64,000 nucleotides of DNA from Tubiluchus corallicola (taxonomy: Eukaryota > Animalia > Priapulida). Both the position numbers and the translations under genes were made by a program. The DNA lies in the NCBI GenBank assembly GCA_030141605.1, contig JAQGDQ010000043.1, positions 248,001 to 312,000 of the forward strand, read 5' to 3'. The notes beneath the pieces are model-generated. The model searched no databases. It had not been told where the DNA came from and saw only the letters and a program-made list of their open reading frames with translations. Positions 1-11,260 of the stretch are shown here, one piece after another. Numbering within the stretch: position 1 is the stretch's first letter; every line of letters begins with the position of its first letter.

Positions 1-503
1 TAGTCTATAGCAACAAGAATAGTGGCAGCAGCACAGGCGGCAACAATCACATCAAGGCCAATGGCAGCAAATCGTCTTTAGCAGCATAACAGGTTTGAGA
101 TTAGACTAAATCGTATTTTAAGCAATTAGAGAGATGGCATCAACTATATTCGTCATTGTTGTCACCCCCATAACTGTCATCGTCGTCATCGCCTCAACGT
201 CGTCAACGTCAAGGGCAGCTATTAGTATAACCTTTGTCAATGCTATCAATGTAGTTATAGGTAGTATAGTTATAGGTATAGTACAGCTGTTAGGCATCAG
301 TTGTTATATGTAGTAAATTAGCAGAAGTAGTAATACAGTAAAAGGTGGTTACAATGGGATATGATTGAGCCCTTAATTTTCCATTCTTACACATTAACAT
401 TTCTAACACCTACGTTTAAATCCATGTCGCAATGTGACATTAAAACAGACGAAGGATGGTTAAGCCAAATATTTTTAATGGAAATCATACAAAGACGACT
501 TAC

Positions 504-623
504 TGCACTCCGCTTCGTCACTTCCGTCGCCGCAGTCATCATAACCGTCACAAAGTCTGATGAACTGTACACACAAGTTATTGTTGCACATGAAAGGACA
601 CTCGTAATGGTCGTCTGTGTTAC
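504..623 (-). CDS. LDL-receptor class A domain exon (phase 1-1)
   Basis: Acceptor attatag|, donor |gtaag. Encodes [32 protein letters not shown]. This frame is not in the ORF track. Confidence 0.9.
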
Positions 624-2827
624 CTATAATGTCAACATCCCCAGGTTACACGCTGTAGTACCAGGCTTATGCATTGTTAAGAGAGCATACAACAATTGCA
701 AAAAATACACGAAAGAGTCAGCTTCTAAGAATAAACTTATAATTATAAAAAAATCAGGGAAAACTTATTATTTGAAAAACTGTAAATCTAGATTTTATTA
801 CAGAATTTGCAGCAAAAGTGAACTAAATGATGCACGCCTAGAGGAGTAAGTTGCTGGCTCAAATGTAACTGGTAACGTGTGGATATTTTTTTAAATCAAT
901 CCTCGCATCATTTATCGAAAGAGAAATTCAGTAAAAGCCATAAATTTGAATTTTCAGTTGAAGACACATTTGCAAATTTTATTTGATTTTTAAAAATTCT
1001 AGCAGTTGTCAAATAAATAGTCCAGTTGTCTCACCTAGCGGCACGTGACCGCAAAGTTCATTCCTTGCAAATATTGGAAAGTCACATAGTCCATCATGTA
1101 AGTCACGCTGAGACCAGATTAGACCAGGCGGACATTCCGTTTTAACCGGCCAGCCTTCCAGACATATGTAAAAGGTGCTACAGTCGTCGGGATCGGGTGC
1201 AAAACTTGCATTTAGTCCACCCGGGTCGCAAGCTTCAATACTGGAGTTGGGAAAAAATAACCCGATGTCTCGTTTCATACGATTATTGTTTGTTGAAGGT
1301 GACGCTGCAAAGATGTAGAAAAGCATATGATTAGTTAGAGAGCAGGAAATTATGCCAAACAGTACCATACTTGCGTGATTCAACCACACTGCCTTAAACT
1401 GATGAAGTCTGGATAGTGGATATAATTGATTTATGCTGCTTGAGCATGTGCCGTATACCTTGTCTCTTGTAACAAGCTTTCTGGTTCAAGCAATGACACG
1501 AATAAGGCAAGTGATTAAAGCTTCAGTAGCACGGGATTTTTGGTATTTTATATAAAGCTCGATACTGTGCAAGCCGGGATGCAACACTCAACGGCAGGGT
1601 CTATTTGATACAGATGGTTGTGATAAAATTGTGTTCTATCTCACATGAATATGACAAACACTGAAGTTGTAGAAGTATCTTACCTATGTACAGTTGCCGA
1701 TATATCCTCACGGGACGAAGTAAACAGCCATCGCAGTATGGTAGTTGAAATTACCTAGATGCAGTTTTCTAAACAGTCTCTCATGTATTCATTAAATAAG
1801 CACAGCAATTTTTAATTTTAGTCATCTGAGAACCCTGTCTCACCACGGCCTTACGAACTCCATATAGTCATTTGTTTCTTAATAGTTGTGTTCGCAAAAA
1901 AGGTTAAAACTTTTTGAATGCTTTCGGATCTTTAATACTGGGCAAAAATGATTGCTTGGAACTATTACCTTTTTGACTTTACAGATTGGATACCCAAAAC
2001 TATTTATTGAGGGAAAAGTACCTAGGAAATACAAGCGAACTGTTCTTTTATTGTCGCAGTAACTCCAACACCTGTGCCAGTAGGACAGATTGTGTATTGT
2101 GGAAGTCACTCAAGTCAGAAGGCAGGTGCCAAGTAAAGAGAACGAAGGTTATGGAAGGTAGACGTTTTCATAAATTTCCAACTACTAAAAGATGTTGGGT
2201 AATATTGAGCATTCACATTACTTAAGCTTTTTTAATATTTAATTTTGCGCCTGGTATGTTGTTTTTTGTGTCATTCTGAGTAGTGTTGCTTTTATTTTGT
2301 TGCACTGACACTTGTAGTGGTTATGTCGCAATATTTGTGTTGAAAATATTTGTGCCTGAGTATCCTGACACACGAATAAGTTTATTTTTGAAAGATTATA
2401 GGCCCTGACTATTCAAGAGTAGTTTTTCTTGAAAAACAGCTTCTCATCGGTATGATTTATGAATTGATCATTGCTTTGGTTTAACTTTAAATTCAGGATA
2501 TTCAATAATTGAATTATTTGAGATGTCTCACTGATGTTTATAGCTGAGGAATCTCACCTTGCGATAGCTCAAAGCAGGTGCCATCTGCTGCAGATTTTGG
2601 AAAATCACATATTCCCGCATGCAAGTCATGCTGAGACCAGACGAGACCAGGCGGACATTCATTCCTAATTGGCCAGCCGTCCAAACATATGTAAAAGATC
2701 GTACAGTTGACGGGATCGGGTGCAAAACTTGCGTTTAGTCCATCCGGATCGCATGCTTCAATACTGGAGTTGGGGAAAAATAGTCCGATATCTCGCTTTA
2801 CGCGTGCATCGTAGGTTGAAACAAATA
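504..2827 (-). CDS. Partial multi-exon gene with ChtBD2 + ChtBD2 + LDLa internal exons (chitin-deacetylase-like or modular chitin-binding protein); continues off the left edge, first coding exon not identified
   Basis: Three AG..GT-bounded phase 1-1 exons. 2827-2558 (270 nt): ..[70 protein letters not shown]. 1304-1035 (270 nt): paralogous copy. 623-504 (120 nt): [39 protein letters not shown]. The six-Cys spacing fits CBM14, and CDGxxDCxDGSDE is the LDLa motif. Confidence 0.85.
1035..1304 (-). CDS. Chitin-binding type-2 (peritrophin-A) exon, copy 2
   Basis: Acceptor tttgcag|, donor |gtgag, 270 nt. RMKR precedes [29 protein letters not shown]. Confidence 0.88.
2558..2827 (-). CDS. Chitin-binding type-2 (peritrophin-A) exon, copy 1
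   Basis: Acceptor ttttgcag|, donor |gtgag, 270 nt. RVKR precedes [29 protein letters not shown]. Confidence 0.88.
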
Positions 2828-5486
2828 CTGCAAAAACGTGAATGATGGGACAGCGTAAAACACTTAAAAATTTCGTCACTAATATCTGACTGCGTTTCTT
2901 CGTCTTCGAAAATAGATTACTTATTCAAGAGACAACTTATTCAAGAAACATCTTGATGTTTGCATTTACGAATTGCTATTTTTTACTAAATTGTGTGAGC
3001 CTAGCATTATGATGTGTATTAGCATTATGTGTTAGCACATCAATTTTCTTAAAAATAAAAATGGTCAGAATGTAGACAGTTCACTCTTATAGTGGAAAGG
3101 GTTAAATAATTATTATTTAATTAGTGTAGGGTTTAGTTGTAAATATTGTAATTCAGCCAACAAAGAAAACAAAATTAGATTTTTTGTCAAAATTGCTACT
3201 GATGGTACTTCAATATACGAGCGTGTGTTACTTCAAAATGCCCACGAATAAACAGCTGCATCTGTTAATCATCCAGTTGTTGTTTGCTGCCATGATTGAA
3301 ATGCTTATGAATATTTGAAATGACTGTACGTTCCTTCACTTTCGCAATGTTGTCGTTTTTCCTTTATTTCCGTTAGATACTATAAGATAAAAATTAGCTT
3401 TACACAATTCGGTACACTGCTGGCTAGAATTCTGCACTGAATGGCAGCCTTTAACTATACTGAGTAGTGGTGGTGGAACTAGAAAAGGTTACCTAGTATA
3501 AACCTCTAAGATGAGAAACTCAAGTGACAGAAGTGTCTTAGTTATACTGGCATGCATATACACTCCTTTCGATAAGAGAAATAGCCAAAGCAGTAAAGCA
3601 GATAAGAGACTTCAGAAACGATTTTTCAATCTGGTCGTCGGTCAGCCTACCGGTCTGGCATGAAGTTGCTTAACTGTGCAGTGTGTAAACACTGTGACCA
3701 CTCAGCTATCCACCTTATACCAAAAAAATTAGACAAAGACATCGATAATGGTAATGTCGAAGACCAGAGCGAGAGCCGGAATAAGAGCGAGAACAAGGAT
3801 GAGAACTGGCACAGTGTGAGAAGAAAGGCAAAGACAGAGTAAAAGTGAAGGTAATGATGGATAAAGATAAACACAATGATATAATAAAGACAGAGACAAT
3901 TTTAAAGTAAAGATGAAGACAATGCGGAGTGAAGACGAAAACAGTGAAGGGGAAAATTGAAGACAGTGATAGGGTAAAGATGATGTCAATGATTTGTAAA
4001 TAAGACAACGATTAGAGTAAATATGACGGTAAAGGTAACGACAATAAAGTAGAAGTTAAAGGAAATGTGAAAGTAAAGTAAAAAGGCAGTCCAAACCGTG
4101 ACATTAAGTTAATGTACTTCACGACTTCATTACTACGCATTAGTAACTCGTACTGATTAGCTTGTTTAAATAATTAGGTTTGTACGAGATAAAAACTGCA
4201 GGAATTATGACATTCTGAAATTTATAAAATACCTTTCTTTCTCAAGTCGCTGCTTTTAGCTTCAGATGTAGAAAGTCAGATCCACCTGACTGCATCTTAA
4301 TATCATTGGAAATTTCAATTACTATCTGAAAACATACACACAGAACTTCGAGCAATATCAGAAGTTTTATAAAAATCTTAGAAATTTTCATCGATTCTCG
4401 CCAACTGTCTTCAAACCAATGCGTCATGTTATTTGAAAGTGATAAAGTTATCGCTTTCACTTACCGGGGTTACTGACTTTTCTTACGGTTGGAGCCTGGA
4501 GGTATGTTTCTAAATACCGCTAGAACCGCCGGACATAATGTAATGGCAAATGTCTTGGCTGTAGACCTGCAACTACTGTGTTGGATGTTGTCGTAAAACT
4601 GTCTGCTTGTTAATGAGTATCGTACTTGCATATTGTAAATTAGGCCTATCAAATAATTTTTTCGACATCTGTACTTAAGCAGGGCAAGTGAAAGCAATGC
4701 CAGACTTTTATAAATTCATTGTTCCTACGACATATATCCAGCAAGTATTGAAAGTCAGAGTAGAAATATATGCGTTTTTTTCCCAGCAGTTTGTAGGTAA
4801 ATCTTCTCTTTAATAGCAGAAACGCACACCAAAAATTGCTGTCATCACATTAAAAGCAATTTACCCAGTACGGAAATTGTCATATTGTTTGTTTACCTTT
4901 TCGAGTTTTACAGATTCTGCAAAATTGTCGTATTAATCTGATGCGTAAAAATGTATTAAGTAGGCCCTACATCGTGTTTCGCCCAAGACAGTAAAATGGC
5001 TACGAGATAGATTCCCGAATGGAGTACAAACAAAAGAGAAACATTCGAATGTCGTCATAGATGAAACTGTTTTTTCTTACTTTCGCATAATTGCACATGT
5101 CTAAAACACATTACTAACAAAAAGTGCTACACAGTCCTAGTTAGTTGATGTGTATGTGGTTAGGAGCGAGCCACAGGCTGCTTTATTATTAGCCAGGAGT
5201 TGTTATAAGAGTTGAGTATACAGAGTTTATAAACTTGACAATATAAGTATTATAAGATTAATTACAGTCGTATAAATGGAAGATGATTTTTGTAACTTTT
5301 ACGCTTTGACATCGTAGTTGCAAGTATTTACAAAGTTGTTGTATTTTGTTTGTGCTTGTTAACTTTGTTTGTTCGTTGTTGCTTTTTGAACTGTCGTTTT
5401 GTTAATCGTTTGTTATTTTGTTGGCCTCCACGTACGTATTTCTCTCTAAAACACTGTGATATAGCTTTAAATGAAAGTTTTGCTGC

Positions 5487-5490
<4 letters not shown>

Positions 5491-5555
<65 letters not shown>
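5491..5555. repeat. (AAT)n microsatellite
   Basis: Perfect AAT run. Confidence 0.95.
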
Positions 5556-5557
<2 letters not shown>

Positions 5558-6627
5558 TATGTATTTATTTATAAAGCGCTCTTTCAATAAATTTTTTTCA
5601 AAGGCGCTGTGCAATTAAAAATATGTAGATAAAATGCTAAAAACCTATATTATAATTAGACCTATCTATAAATAAAAAATCTGCAAACCAGTCACCACAC
5701 ATTAAAATACTGCTGAAAAAATGAGTTTTCAATTTTTTTTAAAAGAATTTAAATTTGAGCACTCTCTAATTTCAGTTGGAAGCTTATTTCAACACTTTGG
5801 CGCCATGCTTGAAAAAGCCTAAATCAGCAAAGAGTTCCTTTTAATTAAAAGGTACAACAAGTTCTAATTCACTTCCTTTGTAAATTAAACTTTTTCTCAA
5901 AAACGAAAACGATGATAACTCTTATTAAACTATCGTAAATCATTTATGTAACCACGTATTTATCCAGCTAAAAACAGCAATCTTACGCATGAGCGCTCAC
6001 AAGCCAAGATGTCAAAATAAACATGTACAGTTCATTTTGCGAACTACAACTAAACGCTCCCTTTCTTCTATAGATATATGCGACTCGATTTTTTGATAAC
6101 TACTATGTGCAATGTTTGTGATTTATTCTGCAACAGAGTGTGAAATAATGTTTATAAAACTGCGTATAAAGTTATATTTTGATACTCTTATCATTTTCCA
6201 TTACAGAGATACTCGTATCTTCTTATTTTATTTCGAATAAATGCATTTTCATCAACAAAATGAAATTCTTTATGATCATATTGAATTTCAGCTTTTTAAT
6301 GAAAAATTATTCAAAAATACTTTCATTTTATATTTCTTAAAACTTTTGGATGATAAAGGTTTTTATTCTATTTTGTACTTGTTCCCGGTATTTTAAATAG
6401 TTTAGCTGCGTTCGCTTGTGTTTGTTATGATTTCGTTACAACTTGAATTAATAAAAACAACCACACTGTTTTAAAAAATTAAGTTATGCTTATTCATATT
6501 TTAGAAACAGATACATGAAAATAAGCAAATTACTATGTAAGCGAACTTATCTTTTGCTGGTAATCAAAATTGACACTCACTTGCAAATAACAAATTTAAC
6601 GAACATTCTCTTGGCACAACACATTTA

Positions 6628-6835
6628 TTTTGGCTAAAATTTAAAATTCCACACACACAAGAAATTAGTTTGCGAAGCTGATTAGGATTAGAGCAAGGAC
6701 TAGATTAGGGTTAGGGTTAGGGTGAGGGTGAGGGTGAGGGTTGGATTAAAGTTAGGGTTAGGGTTAGGGTTAGAATAGGACTAGTATAAGAGAGTTAGGG
6801 TGTTTAAATTATTTGGTGAATTTTAAACTCCTCCC
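6628..6835 (+). mobile_element. Non-autonomous repeat with an internal TTAGGG-like array (copy 1)
   Basis: ttttggctaaaatttaaaattccacacacacaagaaattagtttgcgaagc followed by (TTAGGG/TGAGGG)n at about 6705-6775. Similar to the reverse complement of 9395-9560. Confidence 0.55.
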
Positions 6836-7359
6836 CAAATTTTATGTTAAGATATAATTGCATATTTTATAATTAGTTGATTAGTTTAGTTATCGTTATC
6901 TATATATGCCTAATATAGACTGATTAGTTTCAACATGCAGGATTTAACTAATTACTCAGCTAAGCCACTTGCGGAATTATAAAAGTGGTGGGTTTGAGTA
7001 AAACTCAATATATTTTTTAACTATTTTTGCCTCCATCAAGCCATAACTAATCATTAGTTATTTACTTTTAGGTATACTCGTTATGCATACCGTGGAACAG
7101 CTATGATACAAGCGGTTAACTTTTATGTTACAATCATTAAACAGAACTACTAACGTTACCTGTCAGTCTAGGTACAAATTAACTGCTGTAACTTAACGCA
7201 AAACAAAACGGAGCAAAGTCCTAGTTGGAAGTAAACATAAGCGCTATGCTATATGGGAGCTTTTCGTTTACGTCTGGAAGATGCATATTACTGTGAACTG
7301 TTCATGAAATGATTTGAGATCGGAGATCATTCTGATTTCTTATTTAACAGTAAATCTTG

Positions 7360-8448
7360 ATGGCGAGTACGAACTTTATAAGACGATTCAATAATAGAAA
7401 ACGTTTCTGGTTTATGTCTGTAGTATGTTTACTGGTTTGTGTTAACCTCGTGATTTATCGCAAAGCAATTTACATGAAACATGCAAGAAGACGAAGAACA
7501 GTTAATACTTATCCGTGTGACAGTAATAAAATATTGCAATATCGAGAGGAAATTAAAGAACAAAAAAGAAGGTTTCGTGTAAACTCCAGAAAATCTGTGT
7601 ACTACATAACATTGGCATGCTTTGAAGGGAGATTTGGCAACCACATGTTTTATTATGCCTCTTTATACGGCATAGCACGAGCAAACAACCTGACACCAGT
7701 GTTACCAAAAAACTTTTCTTTATACGAAATTTTTCCTCGGTTGACGATTTCAGCAATGACGTCAGAGAAATTTTTTTGCCTTGCACAGCAGTTTCGTCAA
7801 CTTAGATTTGTGTATAGTCACAAATTCTATCCCCATTCACAACATTTAACAGACTATGTTAAGCCAGTACAAGACATCAGTTTAGATGGACATATGCAGT
7901 CCTATAAGTATTTCAACGAAATGAAAAATGACATTAGAACTCAGTTTGCCTTCAGCAATAGCACACTTGAAAAGGCTAGGAAGTTGCTTCACGTACAATT
8001 AACTTCGAAATTCCAAGATAAAAACCTATGGACTCGTGCTACACTTGTTGGAATCCACGTGCGAAGAGGAGATGTATTGACAGCCGACTCAGTTTTTAAC
8101 GCAGCTCCAATTGACTATATCCAGAGGGCGATGAATTATATGAAAAAAATGTTTAAGAAAATAATATTTGTGGTCGTTGGCGATGATACGATCTGGAATA
8201 TGAAAAACATCAGAGGTTCCAATGTTGTCTTTATGCCAAGTGACAGCGAACCTGTGGTTGACATGTGCACTGTGAGTCATCTCTGTGATCACGTGATCAC
8301 AACTGTAGGCACTTTTAGTTTCTGGTGCGGATATTTATCAAACGGAACTGTTATATACTGTGAAGACATGCTTCCCGATGGGTACAGGGACGAAGAACAT
8401 TGGTTTGTGGCAGATGACTACTGGCCAAGTGAGTGGATTGGACTATAG
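7360..8448 (+). CDS. Galactoside alpha-1,2-fucosyltransferase (GT11, FUT1/FUT2-like), type II membrane protein, uninterrupted CDS
   Basis: 362-aa ORF from ATG 7360, with a splice acceptor tatttaacag| at 7350 just upstream. N-terminal TM segment FWFMSVVCLLVCVNLVIY. GT11 motifs GRFGNHMFYYASLYGIA, VGIHVRRGD, FVVVGDD, CDHVITTVGTFSFWCGYL and C-terminal YWPSEWIGL. Confidence 0.95.
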   Translation: MASTNFIRRFNNRKRFWFMSVVCLLVCVNLVIYRKAIYMKHARRRRTVNTYPCDSNKILQYREEIKEQKRRFRVNSRKSVYYITLACFEGRFGNHMFYYASLYGIARANNLTPVLPKNFSLYEIFPRLTISAMTSEKFFCLAQQFRQLRFVYSHKFYPHSQHLTDYVKPVQDISLDGHMQSYKYFNEMKNDIRTQFAFSNSTLEKARKLLHVQLTSKFQDKNLWTRATLVGIHVRRGDVLTADSVFNAAPIDYIQRAMNYMKKMFKKIIFVVVGDDTIWNMKNIRGSNVVFMPSDSEPVVDMCTVSHLCDHVITTVGTFSFWCGYLSNGTVIYCEDMLPDGYRDEEHWFVADDYWPSEWIGL

Positions 8449-9119
8449 TGATAGGATGATCTCTTCGAATAACGAGTTTACTTAATTCTTTGCTTCGGTA
8501 TTCGTTTTATTTTGTTAGTTTTCATTTACAAGACAGACAGGTAATTGCTAATAATTATGTAATTATGTTAGCTGATGGCAAGTAATTATCACTCAGTTGA
8601 AATTAGTCGCAACAAAATTCTTGCTTAAACTGCTATGGTAAATGTCATGCTTTTAAAATTATACGTGTGCGTTAGTATTTTAGGAACTAATTTGAACTTT
8701 AATATCATAATAGCTACGTTCTATATGTTTATACGTCATTGTTTTGTATATTATCTTATGGTGCGTGTAAATTTGAAGTAAAACAATTATTTACTTACCT
8801 AATACTGAATTACTTACTTAATGGCTTGTTTTCTTGCTTACTTACTTACTTACTTACTTTCTTATTCACTAACTAACTTGAAATAGTATTCATTACTTTT
8901 TACTACCTACTCTCAACAGAGCAGATTTGTCCTTCTTTGTCTTTTAACAAAGTTAAAATTTCATGAAGTTGTTCAGATGGCTCAAATTTCAAAAAAGCAC
9001 ACGAGATTTTTTAAGTCTTTTCTGCAACTTGCACTTTTATGTAGGTCTTTCATGCATAATTCTGAGTTTGGCCTTAAACCCAGTCTGGATGCAATTTCGC
9101 TATATATATTTAAAGAAAC

Positions 9120-9225
9120 GGTTACCTGTAGCATTTCTAGATGCGTCAAAAGCGTTTGATAAAGTTTCGCACAGTGGATTATTTTTAAAATTGATTAAAA
9201 ACGGATGCCTAGCGTGGGACAATAA
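9120..9225 (+). mobile_element. LINE reverse-transcriptase fragment
   Basis: VAFLDASKAFDKVSHSGLFLKL matches the non-LTR RT 'D-x-x-KAFD-x-V' motif. Isolated fragment. Confidence 0.8.
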
Positions 9226-9394
9226 TGCCTTGCGGTTTACTTAGCGTGTGGATTCCAAGTTTAGTTTGTCAATGTAAGTACCTCTGTTACTTTGTCCATG
9301 TTAACTTTCAACTAGACGAGTTTCGAAGATTGTACTATCTTCGGTGTTTCTCACTACATAGTGGGCTACGAGATTCACCAAAAAGCAAGAAAAT

Positions 9395-9560
9395 AAAGTT
9401 TACAATTCCCCACACAAATACCCTACTTTAGCCCTAACTCCAACCTAATCTTAACTCAAACGCTATCCAAAAAGCTACCACTAACCCAAACTTTTTTCCC
9501 TTTAGTCCGCTTTACGAACTGATTTCTTGTGTGTGAGAAATTGTAAACACAAGCCGAAAA
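9395..9560 (-). mobile_element. Non-autonomous repeat with a degenerate CCCTAA-like array (copy 2, inverted relative to 6628-6835)
   Basis: Inverted termini tttacaattccccacacaa / ttgtgtgtgagaaattgtaaa. The reverse complement aligns with 6630-6690. Confidence 0.55.
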
Positions 9561-10212
9561 TAGTATTAATAATATCTTGTTAGATTTTAATATGAATCGT
9601 AGTTTAAGAGGCTTTCTACGTAATAGTAAGTAGAATGTTTCTTAGAAAAGAATGTAACGCCGTTGGAGCTCGTGGAGCAATGAGTACGACGCCACGCCAC
9701 GGCATCCTGCTTGTCATTCTGTTTAAACTCTTTAGTACACTGCTAGCCGAAATTCAGCGTTCAGAGTCGGGCTCAACGCGATGTTTTGGCGCGACTAGAG
9801 CCCGGTTCATTGACAAAGATAGTATCCTAAAACAAGCCGCTGAATCCCGACTACATTTCAACTAACAGTAGATTTTTATTACTTGCTAATGAAGATATTA
9901 TTTAATCTGTTCTTATTAAAACATTCGCCATTGTTTTTGAGAATTCACAGAAAAAGTTTGATGGTGGATTTTTATTTGTCACACTATTGTACACAATAGA
10001 CTATATATATACTATAGCGCACAATAGAGACATATAAAGCAGTTTTAACTCTTTGTGTCTTTACCACATTATTGTATTTTGTCAACGTGTTATATATATA
10101 TATATTGTTTTATTATAGTCTGTATTTTGTTACTGCGTGTGAATAAAATTTCTCACATGCGTTTCTTGAGCACAAGAGGTCTTTTACGTCAGTGGGTTGC
10201 TAGCCCTATCCT

Positions 10213-10290
10213 GACAATCCTCCCCATTTACCCGGGCTTGGGACCGAGACTAAGTTCAATTGGATTGCTACCCCAGTGGCTGGGTTTGTG
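10213..10290 (-). ncRNA. Twister-ribozyme-like motif at the 5' end of an RTE-type retroelement remnant
   Basis: Minus strand reads A^AA CCCA GC CACUGGG..CUUAGU CUCGG UCCCAAGC CCGGG UAAA UGGG GAGGA. P2 is CCCA/UGGG, P3 is ACUGGG/CUUAGU, P4 is CUCGG/CCGGG, and loop 4 is UCCCAAGC, as in the canonical twister core. Confidence 0.75.
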
Positions 10291-11164
10291 AATAAAATAA
10301 ATAAATAAATTGCATGATGGCCGGTATATAGCCAAAAGACGTTCCAGATTTTGAGCCACTCCCCACAATACACTCAATCCAATCGTCTAATGACTTCGGT
10401 GTTGATATTCTTATTGTATATAAGAGTAATGCCGCCGCCCATACGTCCCTCCCGTTGTTTATTAATGAGCTCATAATCGCTTTAGCGCTGTGGGGTGTTA
10501 CATTATAAACATGTGATTATAATAATATCATGACATTACGCCCACACAAACTGACGTTTTCTTATTGTGGCGCGAGAAAAAGAATCAATGCTGAATATTT
10601 CTTTAGATTCTTCTCTTAGCGGATTCAGAGAGAAGGTGAGTTAGTTATTACACTGCTTATCAGACATAGGAGTAAGCTCACAGTATAGGTCCTCACAGTA
10701 TATGTGCACTTCCTCCGGCACACAATATTAATGGATATGAAGATTTAGTTTAAACCAAAATTACTTGAGTGGCAAATTGTAAAATCAAAAATTCAATCTC
10801 CAGATTTTATATCACCCAAGGTGTTCTGCAAGAGGAGTCTATTTACGCAATGTAAGTTCGGTTTAGTAGTTAACAGCGAATATAAACTTTTTCCTGTTGC
10901 AATGCCTGTAATGCATACAGAAGTTGGTTGAATTATCAATGTCAAATTCCTTATGTTGCTGGCTGTCAAAAGTCTCAGTTCCTTCACCTTTAAGGATGAA
11001 GGTTTCCGAAAGAGCTGGGATCCTTTCTATTTACTTCATGCTTTATAAACCGTACGCTTGACCAAGTTTAGTGTTATCCGTATTTGTTAAGAATTCAGAA
11101 ACAAGTTTTCAATTGACCTCACAAATGTTATGTCAGTGAATCACAATTTTGAAACTCTGTAACC

Positions 11165-11260
11165 AGTACTTCCAGGATCTGTCTCTGCCCGAGGCACAGC
11201 GCTAACGAAGCACCTTCTCCCAGTCTTGACTAAGGGTGGGCACCTCTGTGTAACTGACAG
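11165..11260 (-). mobile_element. Probable RTE LINE 3'-end fragment
   Basis: With one indel the minus strand reads LSQDWEK-WCFVSAVPRAE, resembling the RTE C-terminal AQDRxxWRxFVxA motif. Confidence 0.4.

Noticed and set aside
361-849. 162-aa plus-strand ORF
   Set aside because: It is the antisense shadow of the LDLa exon. [18 protein letters not shown] is the typical reverse reading of CDGxxDCxDGSDE.
1500-1600. Minus-strand [17 protein letters not shown], superficially like an insulin A chain
   Set aside because: It stops before the last Cys and has no B chain. Another frame reads [14 protein letters not shown], typical of LINE 3' tails.
4466-4567. AG..GT-bounded minus-strand segment upstream of the chitin-binding exons
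   Set aside because: Stops occur in all three frames. At most it is a 5'UTR exon, which cannot be supported without transcripts.
7360-8448. Horizontal transfer of a bacterial GT11 gene
   Set aside because: It has a type II TM anchor, an upstream splice acceptor, host-like base composition and an animal-type C-terminus. Single-exon CDSs are normal for animal FUT1/FUT2.
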